Assembly: GCA_965220965.1 (NCBI GenBank)
Contig: CBDCRI010000001.1
Span: 293,532-357,531, forward strand
Length of the DNA stretch: 64,000 nucleotides
Direction: 5' to 3'
Origin: Candidatus Marinacidobacterium sp.
GTDB lineage: Bacteria; Acidobacteriota; Vicinamibacteria; Marinacidobacterales; Marinacidobacteraceae
In this document: piece by piece, positions 9,715-19,121 of the stretch
Position numbering within the stretch: the stretch's first letter is position 1
Layout: each line of letters opens with the position of its first letter
The notes under the pieces: model-generated
Told to the model about the DNA's origin: nothing
Database searches by the model: none
The model's input: the letters and a program-made list of their open reading frames with translations, nothing else
Position numbers and translations under genes: made by a program

Positions 9715-10673
9715 TGAACAGCTTCATCCACGACCAAGCGGCGGCGATTGTCCAGAACAAAAAGGACCTCGTTACGCACCTTCGGTCCGTGCGAAAGGAG
9801 ATCGTTCAGCTGCATGTCCTGCGCGCCCTCAACAGCAGCGGGATTCTCGATGAGATCACCTTCATGGGCGGCACCTGCCTGCGGCTTTGCCACGGCGGCA
9901 TCAGGTTCAGTGAGGACTTGGGCTTTCGCGGCGGCGGCTTTGACGGCCTCGCGAACGGCTTGGGGGCCACGCTTCAAGACGCCCTTCTGAAGCGCGGCAT
10001 CAATGCCGATGTCCGCCCTGCTGGGGCGCCCGGCAGGGCGAAGGGAGGCGTGGAGCGCTGGTGGGTGCGAGTCGTCGTCAGGAAGGATGCCCCCAAGGAC
10101 CAGCCCTCTGTCGAGCGAATCAAAATCGAGATTAACGCCCGAACGCGTCCGGAGGAGCGCGAACTCGGCCACTTGGCCGACCGTTTCGGCGAGCTGTCGG
10201 GAGACCTGTCGGAAGCCCCCCTGATCCATTGCATGCCCATGCTGGACATTTGCGCTGACAAGCTCGCGGCCTTTCCGTTGAGCGTCGTCCAGCGCCCAGA
10301 GAATCCGCGCTACAGGGATGTGTTTGACTTGGCTTGGGCGTTGCCCCGGCTTGACGATGGAGCCGTGCCGGACCGTGCGGCGGAGGTGGCCAGCCAACGA
10401 GGACTGGCGCCGGACGTGCGCGACGCCATCTCAAAAACGCTGCCAAAGCTGCGCGCGATTGTGGAGTCCGAAGAATACCGACGCAAGATTTCCCCCTTTT
10501 TGACTGACAGCGTGGCTGAAAGGACAGTGCGCGACGCGGAGTACAGGCGCAATTCGATCCAAGCATTGAGGCGGCAGCTGGATCTGTTGGACCGAGCGCT
10601 CGCGCTCCTTGGCCGTGGCCAGCGCGGCAGGCCGACCCAAGGCGGCGTTCGCCGCCGGCCCCCTTCCCCCTGA
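9714..10673 (+). CDS. AbiEii/AbiGii-family nucleotidyltransferase toxin (DUF1814).
   Basis: ITFMGGTCLRLCHGGIRFSEDLGF nucleotidyltransferase motif. Translationally coupled to the upstream AbiEi. Confidence 0.85.
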   Translation: MNSFIHDQAAAIVQNKKDLVTHLRSVRKEIVQLHVLRALNSSGILDEITFMGGTCLRLCHGGIRFSEDLGFRGGGFDGLANGLGATLQDALLKRGINADVRPAGAPGRAKGGVERWWVRVVVRKDAPKDQPSVERIKIEINARTRPEERELGHLADRFGELSGDLSEAPLIHCMPMLDICADKLAAFPLSVVQRPENPRYRDVFDLAWALPRLDDGAVPDRAAEVASQRGLAPDVRDAISKTLPKLRAIVESEEYRRKISPFLTDSVAERTVRDAEYRRNSIQALRRQLDLLDRALALLGRGQRGRPTQGGVRRRPPSP

Positions 10674-11074
10674 CCGTCGGCGCATCGCCTAGACGCACGC
10701 GCAGGCTTGTGGCCGAACTGTCCAACGGACTGACCGCCCCCCCCTCCCGCATCCCAAGCGCATTGGCCATGCGAATTCGAGATGGCCTTGAGTTGGACAG
10801 GCCTGAGTCAAAGGGAGTGTGCGGGTTGTTGAAGACCGCTCGGGACAGCGCTATCATGCCGTCATCCGGACGCGGCCTCATTGAAGCCAAGGCAAAGCCA
10901 TCTGATCCGCACCTTCCGCGTTCGGCAGCCAGCTCCGCCGCTGGATGCGGCCAGCCACCTTGCTATGGCGGCGCTGGCGCCCTTCCCTTCCTTGTTTCGC
11001 GCGGATGCCCTCTGGCCCCAAACGCGGCCCCGGCTGAAGCCGAGCCGGGAGCGCCCCCAAGTCGGCCTCGCGCG

Positions 11075-11854
11075 CTAAAACCGCAAACCCACCGATGACC
11101 TGGCGCGGCGCATGCGATCCATTCGCTTGGTCTCGACGTCCCGCACCCGGCGCCATTCCCGGGTTCCTATCAATTGGGCTGCGCGGTCCCACCGGGCATC
11201 GCGGCCGCGGGTCCGCTCCTCGACGATCAACGTGTTGCCGATGCCCGGCATGGACGCGTTCAGCTTGTCGCCAAATCGAATCAACAATTCGCGTTCCTCA
11301 TGCGGAGCCATCCGCGTGTTCGGCATGACCATGTTGACGGCGCATTGATGCAGGAACGGCTCGTCGGGAAACCGCCTCCCGTGCCGGGCCATCAATTGCG
11401 CGACGCCTGGCGCGGGCTCCAGCATGAATGGCGAATTGCGCACGCCAGAACGGACAGCCCAATCATTGAGCACATGGTGAAACATCGTGCCGCAGTTGTT
11501 GGTCATCAAGCCTTCCGCGCCGCCGGCCAGAGCATCCGCGACGATCAGCATGTCGTTGACGGCGCCCGCGTCCGTCCTTGCCTTGAAAGCCTCGGTCGGC
11601 AAGCGGTCGATCCATTGCTCCCGATCGCTTTCGGTCTTGGCTGCGCAAACGTCGAAGACGCCCGATGGGCCAAGAAAGTCAGTGTCGAGCCAATCCGTGA
11701 CTCTTTCCCGCACCATGTCGCCATAGTCGTCGGACCACTCGGATGTGCGTTCGCGGATGAACTGGCGCTCTGAGTAAGCCACCAGCCTGAGCATTTCGGT
11801 GCGAACCGCAGGGGTGATGGCCAGGCGTTCGCCGGTTGCCGCGCTCAAACCCAT
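11075..11854 (-). CDS. Hypothetical protein.
   Basis: Open reading frame with coding-like composition (ORF 11075..11917 on the six-frame track). No recognisable motif. Confidence 0.35.
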   Translation of the reverse strand: MGLSAATGERLAITPAVRTEMLRLVAYSERQFIRERTSEWSDDYGDMVRERVTDWLDTDFLGPSGVFDVCAAKTESDREQWIDRLPTEAFKARTDAGAVNDMLIVADALAGGAEGLMTNNCGTMFHHVLNDWAVRSGVRNSPFMLEPAPGVAQLMARHGRRFPDEPFLHQCAVNMVMPNTRMAPHEERELLIRFGDKLNASMPGIGNTLIVEERTRGRDARWDRAAQLIGTREWRRVRDVETKRMDRMRRARSSVGLRF

Positions 11855-11898
11855 CAGAAAGCGCCGCGGGGCCGCACAAGCGACCAAACTGCAGTCGA

Positions 11899-12165
11899 TC
11901 ACGCAGAGGGACGCCATCGCTGCGCGAAACCGGGCGACCGGCCCACTCGCCTGCGGTCGATTTCGGCAAGGGTTTCAGGCATGTTTTCGCGATCGGCGAG
12001 CCATTCGGAAACTTGTTCGCCGGTCCATCCGAAACGGTTGGCAAGGCGTTCGGCCAAGCGGCCTGCAAGCCCGCCCTCAACGGCCCGAACCGCGTTCAGT
12101 CGGAGACCCTGCGCTTGCAGGGCGTCTTGGCCAGATGCGTTCATGGCGGCAGCTTGTGCCCCCAT
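11899..12165 (-). CDS. Hypothetical small protein upstream of the 11075-11854 gene, forming a possible two-gene module with it.
   Basis: 88-aa ORF. Its 3' end abuts or overlaps the next gene's start. Confidence 0.3.
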   Translation of the reverse strand: MGAQAAAMNASGQDALQAQGLRLNAVRAVEGGLAGRLAERLANRFGWTGEQVSEWLADRENMPETLAEIDRRRVGRSPGFAQRWRPSA

Positions 12166-12297
12166 GCCCGCACTGTCAACTTCCGCTAGGGGGTGCCTGG
12201 AGCCACAACTGGGTCCGATCCAAGCTTCAAGGCGCCCTTCTCAAGCGCGGGGTCAAGGCGGGCGTCCGCCAGGCCGGGGCGTCCGCAGGACCGCGCC

Positions 12298-13155
12298 TCA
12301 GCGCAGGCCCGCGTCCTCCAAGGCGGCGCGCACGTCCGCCAGACGCCGGGCCTCCGCCGCACGCGCCCTGCCGGGCAGCGCGGCGCGCACCATTGCGAAG
12401 GTCGCCGCGGGGTCGCGGTCGGCCTGAAGCTCCTGAAGGACGCGCCGGCCCATGTAGTCCAGCCCGGCCTCCCTGAGCTGCGCGGCGTTCCGCTCGATGA
12501 TGCGCAGGTCGTCCTCGGAGGGCGCCTCGGGCAGGAACGCGCCGAGCATCCAGTGGTAGAGCGCCTGGTCGCCCGCCGACTCCTCAAGCCTCTGGTGGGC
12601 GAGCCCGTTGGCCTGCACGAGCCGCCTTCGATCCGTCCAGCCGTTGTCCCTGAGCCAGTTGTTGAGGCGCACGTGGCGGATGGTCCGCTCATCCTCCGTG
12701 AGGAGCAGCGTGCGCTCCGTGACCGCGGCCTCGGCCACCATGCGCCGGTCCACCTCCTTGCGCGGGCCGTCCTTGCCCACGAACAGTTCATCGGGCATCG
12801 CCAAGTAGAGCTCGAAGGCCGCCAGATCCTCCTCTGCGGAAAGCGGCTGCGTCGCGAACATGCCTCCCGGCCGGTCGAGCTCGGCCCTGAACCACGCCCG
12901 GGCCGCCCGCTCCGCGGCGACCAGCGCGTCCCGTTGCGTGGCCGGGGGAACCTGCGTTCGGCCGAACTCACGCCTGAGCCGACGCCTCTCGGAGGCGCCC
13001 ACGCAACGCTCGAGCTCATCCACGACCGCGTTCAGCACGCGGATGCGTCGGCGTCCGTTGTCCGCCATGGCCATGTTGACCCGGCGCTGCGGCGGGTCGG
13101 CAAGGTTGTTCGAATCGTGGGCGACGCTCGCCAGCTCGGGGGCATCGGGCCACAT
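12298..13155 (-). CDS. Hypothetical protein (second gene of a 2-gene operon).
   Basis: ORF starting MWPDAPELASV. Its start overlaps the stop of the 72-aa upstream gene (stop TGA at 13161-13163; ATG at 13153-13155). Confidence 0.45.
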   Translation of the reverse strand: MWPDAPELASVAHDSNNLADPPQRRVNMAMADNGRRRIRVLNAVVDELERCVGASERRRLRREFGRTQVPPATQRDALVAAERAARAWFRAELDRPGGMFATQPLSAEEDLAAFELYLAMPDELFVGKDGPRKEVDRRMVAEAAVTERTLLLTEDERTIRHVRLNNWLRDNGWTDRRRLVQANGLAHQRLEESAGDQALYHWMLGAFLPEAPSEDDLRIIERNAAQLREAGLDYMGRRVLQELQADRDPAATFAMVRAALPGRARAAEARRLADVRAALEDAGLR

Positions 13156-13160
13156 GCCCG

Positions 13161-13376
13161 TCACAGCCTCCCCGTCTTGGCGTCCTCCCGCGCCCTGAAC
13201 CGTCGGTCGGCCTCCCAAAGGTAGGCTGCGGACACCGGGCAGGTGGTGCGCACGACGGGGTCGTCATATCCCGCCATGACCGTCTCGATGTCGCCCTCGG
13301 TCACGCCCAGCGCCCTAAGGAGCGGCGGATAGCCGTCCCGGAGCCGGGCTTCGCTGGCGGATGCCTTGGGGGTCAT
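13161..13376 (-). CDS. Hypothetical small protein (72 aa), first gene of the operon.
   Basis: MTPKASASEARLRDGYPPLLRALGVTEGDIETVMAGYDDPVVRTTCPVSAAYLWEADRRFRAREDAKTGRL. Overlaps and is coupled to the downstream gene. Confidence 0.4.
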   Translation of the reverse strand: MTPKASASEARLRDGYPPLLRALGVTEGDIETVMAGYDDPVVRTTCPVSAAYLWEADRRFRAREDAKTGRL

Positions 13377-13518
13377 GGGGCGCTTTGGCCTCGCGTCGCG
13401 TGGAACGTGGCGTCCATTGTAACAGCCACCGCGCGGCAGCCCACCGTTGGCCCCGGCCCGCGCCGGAATTGCTTGAATGCAGGCGCGAACAGCACTTTCA
13501 GCCGCCGGAGGCCCCGCC

Positions 13519-14097
13519 ATGAACACCGCCCCACCGCCCATCAGCCTGCTGCGCCTGGTCGAGACGGCCATCGGCCACGCCCGCGACCTCGAGGCGGGCG
13601 GCAGGCACGTCCCGTCGTACGCCAGCTGGCACGAGCCGCATCGGGACGGCTGCCGCATCAGCCTGGCGGGCGCGTACGCGGCGGAGGCGCTGTGCGTGCG
13701 CCCCGACGAGCCGGGCGGCCCTGAGGACTTCGCGCCGCCGCTGCGACAGCAGGTCCAGGCGATCGGCGCGGCCGACAGGGGCCACGTGGGAATCGCCTAC
13801 GGTCGGCTCGGGGAGCTGGCCTGCGGTCCGGACCGCAGGCGCTTGGCGCGGTGCGCGGAGGATTGGCTGGATGAACTGGAGTCGCCCGCCGTCCGGGGCC
13901 GCATCGACGGCTTGAGGTACCACAGCTGGGACCAGTTCCTGCGCCACCTGGACCAGCTGGAGAGGGCTCTCCTGCCGGCGCTAGGCCGGATCGAGGCGGT
14001 GGCCCCGATGCCGGCCTACGCCCTGGACGCGCCGCGGATGACGGCGGACGCAGGCCGGCCCGGGGCGGCTGCCAAGGCTGGGCCGACCTCCCCGTGA
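13519..14097 (+). CDS. Hypothetical protein.
   Basis: ORF from MNTAPPPISLLRLVETAIGHARDLEAGG, coding-like. No motif recognised. Confidence 0.4.
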   Translation: MNTAPPPISLLRLVETAIGHARDLEAGGRHVPSYASWHEPHRDGCRISLAGAYAAEALCVRPDEPGGPEDFAPPLRQQVQAIGAADRGHVGIAYGRLGELACGPDRRRLARCAEDWLDELESPAVRGRIDGLRYHSWDQFLRHLDQLERALLPALGRIEAVAPMPAYALDAPRMTADAGRPGAAAKAGPTSP

Positions 14098-14296
14098 GGC
14101 GCGACGGCGATGGCGCGTGGCTGACCGAAGCGTTGCCTCCCAGCGCCACGCTGCGCTCCGCCTTGGCGCCGGGCCAGATTGCCCGCCGTGCCAATGCCGA
14201 TTGAAATTTCCCCAAAATCGCCAAAGTAAAATTCCCCGGCTTTTCGGTTCCGGTCAGGTCGCCGCACTGACGTTCCTTCGCTTGGTTGCGGGCGGC

Positions 14297-14704
14297 TCAC
14301 GGCCCCGGCGCGGGGGGCCTCGGCCCGGCCAACGGACTGGCGGACAGGCCGGGGCTCCCGATGAACCTGCGCAGGCCCTCCGAGTGGAACGCCCTGATCG
14401 CCTCCACGGTGGGCTGGAACCCGCCTAAGCGCAGGGTTTCCCGGATGCGCTTCCAATGCCCGTCCTTGCGGATGACGTCGAGGAACTCGGCGCCAGCCCA
14501 CGTCAGGCGCGGCATCCAAACCTCGGCGCTCGTGTATTTCCGCGGCATCGCCTCCCCGTGGATCGAGGTGATGAAGCCGGCGTCAAGCAGCAGCAAAAGC
14601 TGGGCCGACTCCGGCGAGTTGCTCTTCACTTCGAGGGGGCGGCCCGTCCCCGCCTCGACATCCAGAAGCAGCTTCCTGATCGCGTCCATGTCCCGCTTCA
14701 TGCG
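14297..14704 (-). CDS. DUF2513-like small protein.
   Basis: N-terminus MKRDMDAIRKLLLDVEAG resembles the DUF2513 family. A paralog lies immediately upstream. Confidence 0.5.
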   Translation of the reverse strand, partial: RMKRDMDAIRKLLLDVEAGTGRPLEVKSNSPESAQLLLLLDAGFITSIHGEAMPRKYTSAEVWMPRLTWAGAEFLDVIRKDGHWKRIRETLRLGGFQPTVEAIRAFHSEGLRRFIGSPGLSASPLAGPRPPAPGP

Positions 14705-14810
14705 TTTCCCTCCCTTTCGGCCGGCATCGCCGACGTTGCGCAACGCGTCCATTGTAGGGTCCGCAATGGGCGGCGGCTCTTAAAGGCCGCCCACCGCGCC
14801 TGGGCGGACG

Positions 14811-15323
14811 CTAGGGCGACGGCGAGCACTGCTTGGGCGCGGCGGCCCGCTTGACGCGCTCCGCGTGCACCCCCTCAATGGCGGCTTGCGTGACCGGAAC
14901 CTCCTTCGCGGCGAGCTGGCGCTTGATTATCCGCCACTGGCGGGGGTCGCGAATGATGTCGAGGAGCTCCGCGCCCGCCCACGTGAGGCGGACGCCATCC
15001 CAGACTTCGGTTATGGTGCTGTCCGCCTGCAAGGGGCCAATCCTCGGCTCGCCGGCCCGCAGCCGGATGAGGCCGGCGTCCCGCAGCTGCCAAAGGACGG
15101 CGGATCCGTCGGAGCCCCCTTCCGTCGAGACTGCGCCTGGCCCCTTCCCCCCTGCCGCCTCCACCTGCAGCAGCGCCACGCGCGCCTTGTCCATGGACCG
15201 CCTGCCGGGCGGCCCGAACATGCCCGTCGACCACCACCACTCGGACCATTCCGCCGGCTCGCGCCCGGCGGCCTTCCGCATGGCCTTCCACTCCAAGTAC
15301 TCGGGATCACGTTCGACTTCCAT
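14811..15323 (-). CDS. DUF2513-like paralog.
   Basis: Its C-terminal half (VWDGVRLTWAGAELLDIIRD...) parallels the neighbouring gene (VWMPRLTWAGAEFLDVIRKD...). Confidence 0.5.
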   Translation of the reverse strand: MEVERDPEYLEWKAMRKAAGREPAEWSEWWWSTGMFGPPGRRSMDKARVALLQVEAAGGKGPGAVSTEGGSDGSAVLWQLRDAGLIRLRAGEPRIGPLQADSTITEVWDGVRLTWAGAELLDIIRDPRQWRIIKRQLAAKEVPVTQAAIEGVHAERVKRAAAPKQCSPSP

Positions 15324-15430
15324 GCGCTGCGCTCCTGCGGCCGGATTGGGTTGGGTGCGGCCATGCGCCGCAACGCGCTGGATTATAGTGACGAGCCGCC
15401 CGGCGGGGCCGCAGGACGCCTCCGGCGGCC

Positions 15431-16603
15431 CTACCGCCCCGGCGCGGGCGGGGTCCCGGCCCGACGCCGGGCCGCAGCCTCGCGCACGGCGTCCCTCAGG
15501 TTCAACAGCCGCTCGGCGCTGGCCGGGTGCGTGGACGCGTGCTCGATGGCCACCGGGTCGAGCTGGGCGAATCGCCCCCACACGCGGGGCAGCGCGGCCA
15601 CGTCCATGCCGGCCTTGGCCATGAAGCGGCTGCCGAGGCGGTCGGCCTCCAGCTCGTAGCGCTGCGCGTACGCCAGCCGGCGCGACTCGTCGGCCTCCCA
15701 CGGGGCGCGAAGGCGCCGGGCCGCCCGCGCCAGCAGCGGCCTGGGGCCGACCGCGGCCGGCCTGCCGACCGCGGCGGGACCGCCGACCGGCACGGTCGGC
15801 CCGTGGCCGGCGACGTTGTGGGCCAGCTCGTGGGCGAGGATGGCCTGGTGCTCGACGTCGGCGTGCAGGAACTCCAGCATGCCCTCGGTGACGAGGATGG
15901 ACCGGCCGTCGGCGAATGCGTTGACTGCGTGGGAGGTCAGCAGCCGGACCGGGTAGTCGCAGGCGCGGACCTGCGCCATGCGGATCGGCAGCCCACGGCC
16001 GCCGCGCTCGACCGTCAAGGCCAGGCGGCCGTCCTCGCCGCCGGCCCGGACCATGCGCCCGACCCGCGCCTTGGCGCGGGCGTGGGCGCCGTGGGAGGCC
16101 GGCTCGGGCGCGGGCCGGCCCTCGACCTCGAGCAGGCGGTCGCCGACCCGCAGCCCGGCGCGCTCGGCCGGCGAGCCGGCGGCGACGTGGGCGACCACGA
16201 AGCCGGTCCCGTCCATGCCGAGCGCCTCGCGGTGCGCGACGCCCTCGAACAGCGGCATGCTGAAGGACCGCTCCCACATGGACTCCAGCGTGAACCCGCC
16301 GCTCGGGCGCACGCGCGGGCAGGCGTCGGCGTTGGCCGCCAGCAGCCGGAAGGCGTTGTCGCGCAGCCGCGAGAGCTTCGCCAGCCGGGAGGCCACCAGG
16401 GGCCTGGCCTCGGCCAGGCCGCCCTCCGAGCGCTGCAGGCGGTCGAGCGCCAGCCGGTGGGCCGCCCCCGGATCCGGCTGGCCGAGGGGCAGCGCGCAGC
16501 CCTGCAGGAGCATCCCCAGGCAGAGGGCGGCGCAGGCCGAAAGGCCGGTTGCCGAGGAGCGGCGGGCGGGCGTCGGTGCGGCGGTCCGGACGGGCTTGGG
16601 CAT
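15431..16603 (-). CDS. M48-family zinc metallopeptidase with a PDZ domain; predicted lipoprotein.
   Basis: HELAHNVAGH zinc-binding motif. PDZ-like GSPAERAGLRVGDRLLEVEG. N-terminal signal with lipobox LLQGC. Confidence 0.75.
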   Translation of the reverse strand: MPKPVRTAAPTPARRSSATGLSACAALCLGMLLQGCALPLGQPDPGAAHRLALDRLQRSEGGLAEARPLVASRLAKLSRLRDNAFRLLAANADACPRVRPSGGFTLESMWERSFSMPLFEGVAHREALGMDGTGFVVAHVAAGSPAERAGLRVGDRLLEVEGRPAPEPASHGAHARAKARVGRMVRAGGEDGRLALTVERGGRGLPIRMAQVRACDYPVRLLTSHAVNAFADGRSILVTEGMLEFLHADVEHQAILAHELAHNVAGHGPTVPVGGPAAVGRPAAVGPRPLLARAARRLRAPWEADESRRLAYAQRYELEADRLGSRFMAKAGMDVAALPRVWGRFAQLDPVAIEHASTHPASAERLLNLRDAVREAAARRRAGTPPAPGR

Positions 16604-16886
16604 GCAGGGGGTCGCTTGCAGTGGCGGGCGCCTCCGACGCGGCGGGACTTCGAGAGAGGGAAGAACCAGACCCATTGTGAATGGCCGCCGCGCCGGAGTG
16701 CCCGAGCGGAATTTTGCACAAGGCGGGCGGGCGGCGTCAACGGCCGCGTGTCCGGGGCGCCGCAATGGGACGCGCGGCCGCCGCCTCACCAGTTGTTGCG
16801 CCGTGTCGACCGCCGCGCAAGCGTGGCGCTTGGCCCGCCGACCCGACTGCTTGGATCAGGGCGCACGGCGACCGCAAGCTCCTGCC

Positions 16887-17561
16887 CTACGGCAGCTTGG
16901 CGGACCGGTTGCGATTCGGGTTGGGGGCCGGACCTGGCTCATGGGACAGACGGACCTTGGCCCTTACCATGTCGGCCCAGTGGTGCCCCGTGAAGTAGGT
17001 CTTTTGAAGCGCCCCTTCGACGGTTCTGAAAAGCAACGCCGGCATCTCTCCCTCGACGGAATTGTCATAGACATAGGCTCGATCGACAATCGGGATGGCT
17101 CTGGCAAGATTGGTGACGGATTTCCCGTACCTGCTGATTATCTTGCTGATTGGCACGTCGTGCCCGCCTTCCATCACGCGAGCGGCCACCCGCGTGGCGT
17201 TGATCGTCGGCGAATCGGTCCCAACGAAGAACAGCCGGACGAAGAAGCCATGTGAGATCGCCCGCCGAACGAAGGCGAGTTTCTCTTCCGTGGAAAACAC
17301 CGTCTCGAACGCCAGGGACTTGCCGCGTTCCAAGCACGCCTCGCGCCTCCGAGCGGCCTCACGCGCCGCTTCGAGGATTGCCTTTGGGTCATTCCAGTCT
17401 CCGAATGACTGCTGGGCGATCGCATCGGGGTTCACGTATTCGCAGCCTCCCAGCCAGTCGTGAGCCAAGGCGCGCTCAGTCAGGGTGGTTTTGCCGGCGC
17501 CGTTGGGGCCGGCGATCACGATCAGTTTTGGGCGAAGGGCGCTTGCCGATTCAGGAGCCAT
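16887..17561 (-). CDS. Zeta-toxin-like P-loop kinase/ATPase toxin.
   Basis: LIVIAGPNGAGKTTL Walker A motif; ~220 aa. A small gene immediately upstream overlaps it by 11 nt. Confidence 0.65.
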   Translation of the reverse strand: MAPESASALRPKLIVIAGPNGAGKTTLTERALAHDWLGGCEYVNPDAIAQQSFGDWNDPKAILEAAREAARRREACLERGKSLAFETVFSTEEKLAFVRRAISHGFFVRLFFVGTDSPTINATRVAARVMEGGHDVPISKIISRYGKSVTNLARAIPIVDRAYVYDNSVEGEMPALLFRTVEGALQKTYFTGHHWADMVRAKVRLSHEPGPAPNPNRNRSAKLP

Positions 17562-17853
17562 ATCCGAAGCTGGAGGAAGCGGGGGGACTCACGGATTGCG
17601 GGTCATCCAGCATTGCCTCATCGATCGAATCAGCAAGGCTTTGGAAATAGGCGGCTTGCGCCGCGTCGCCGCGCATGGCGACCACGCGCTGGAAGTCGAG
17701 CATGAGAGCTTCGAGCTCCGCATCCGAAGGCTCAGTTTGCGCATCAAGCAAGTTGACTTTTGGAACCATAAGACCCTGCTGGCTTACTCGGAACTGCAGC
17801 AATGGTAGCACGCTGCCCGCAAGATGGTCCGAACCGGATTTTTTTCGTGGCAT
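17551..17853 (-). CDS. Putative antitoxin partner of the zeta-like toxin.
   Basis: 100-aa acidic ORF (MPRKKSGSD...) overlapping the toxin start. Confidence 0.4.
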   Translation of the reverse strand: MPRKKSGSDHLAGSVLPLLQFRVSQQGLMVPKVNLLDAQTEPSDAELEALMLDFQRVVAMRGDAAQAAYFQSLADSIDEAMLDDPQSVSPPASSSFGYGS

Positions 17854-18065
17854 GCGGATGCCCTCCAAGGGACGGCCTCGCCCACCTCCCCGACACCGCC
17901 TGAAGCGCCTCTGCCCGATTGCGCCAGCCCTTGGCCGGCCGATTCGTTCCAGAGCGTCATAAGACCTGACGGCGCGGCTCAAGCTCTCTTAAGCCGGCAA
18001 GCTCGTGCAACATTCGGGCTAGGCAGCCGCGGGGGCCGCCCAAGGGGCTGCGCCGCGCCGGTCGG

Positions 18066-19049
18066 TCATCCGGGGGCGGGGCCGGCCGCCCTCCCCGCCT
18101 GCGAAGGCCCGTCCGTCGGCGCGGGCCGCCCCGCCCCGAGGCCATGCAGCGCGGCGGGGTCGTAGCGGTGCACGGCGGACAGGATGTCGTCGACCAGGCG
18201 CGCCTCCCTCCCGGTCGAGGGCAGCGCCTCGGCCAGCGAGCCGTAGTGCATCTCGAGCGCGTCCATCAGGAGTCCGCGCAGCGCCTCCAGGTCCGGGGAG
18301 CGCGGCAGCGCGGTCCTCGCCTTCAGGGCCTCCAGCTCGCGCTCCTTGTCGGCGAACCAGTCCTTGATCCGCTGCTTGGACCACTCGCCGCGGCGCACCG
18401 CCTTGTACAGCTCGCGGTCGCGGTCGAGCACCAGGTCGCCGCCGGCGAGGATCTGCTCGCACTCGCAGGCCAAGCGCACGATGTGGTAGGCGAACTTGGT
18501 GTCGAAACCGTGGGCGTCGATCGCCGCCTGGCGCTGCGGATTGGCCCGCTTGGGCCGGCCGTCGAGCTTCTTCAGCTGGGCGTAGGCGTAGCCGCGGAAC
18601 CGGGCGAAGGCGCCTTGGTGAAGGAACAAGCGGCGGTGGTCGCGCACGTGCTCGTAGAGCGCGGTGGAGTGGCGCACGCAGCGCCGCGGGCAGAACAGCG
18701 CGTCCACCATGTTGGGGTTGTTGTCGGCGCACAGGTCGAAGAAGCGCACGAGGGAGTAGATCGTGACATCGTACTGCCTGCGCGTCTGCGCAAACTCGAC
18801 GTGGTGCTGCTGGAACTGGTCGAAGGAGGGCGGCGCCGGACCGAATCCCGGTATGTGCCCGGCGAGGTGCGGGAAGACCTGATGCTTGGGCGGCATGGCG
18901 AACCCGACGATGTCCTCGTCCGAGTTGCCTGGCTCCGCGCAGCCGTAGGCGACCGAGCCGGTGGTCGCCTCGAACATGACGTTGTGCGGCAGCCAGGGCG
19001 GCGGCGTGATCAGCCCCTCCCGGGCCAGCTTTGCGGTGATTGAGGCCAT
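18066..19049 (-). CDS. Predicted nucleotidyltransferase (Pol-beta superfamily, RlaP/DUF4037-like).
   Basis: N-terminal GSVAYGCAEPGNSDEDIVGF (GS...D.D nucleotidyltransferase motif); ~330 aa. Confidence 0.45.
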   Translation of the reverse strand: MASITAKLAREGLITPPPWLPHNVMFEATTGSVAYGCAEPGNSDEDIVGFAMPPKHQVFPHLAGHIPGFGPAPPSFDQFQQHHVEFAQTRRQYDVTIYSLVRFFDLCADNNPNMVDALFCPRRCVRHSTALYEHVRDHRRLFLHQGAFARFRGYAYAQLKKLDGRPKRANPQRQAAIDAHGFDTKFAYHIVRLACECEQILAGGDLVLDRDRELYKAVRRGEWSKQRIKDWFADKERELEALKARTALPRSPDLEALRGLLMDALEMHYGSLAEALPSTGREARLVDDILSAVHRYDPAALHGLGAGRPAPTDGPSQAGRAAGPAPG

Positions 19050-19121
19050 GTCGGACTCCTTCGCTCCGGTTGCGGGCCGAAGCGCCGCTTTCGTTGCGGT
19101 CGGGCTTGGGGCCGTCCGACG

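Noticed and set aside
10709-11098. A 129-aa plus ORF in the gap after AbiEii.
   Set aside because: A short GC-rich ORF without a start context or homology. The region is more likely intergenic or a terminator.
15527-16993. A 488-aa plus ORF opposite the M48 protease.
   Set aside because: It is antisense to a gene with a clear HEXXH, PDZ and lipobox architecture.
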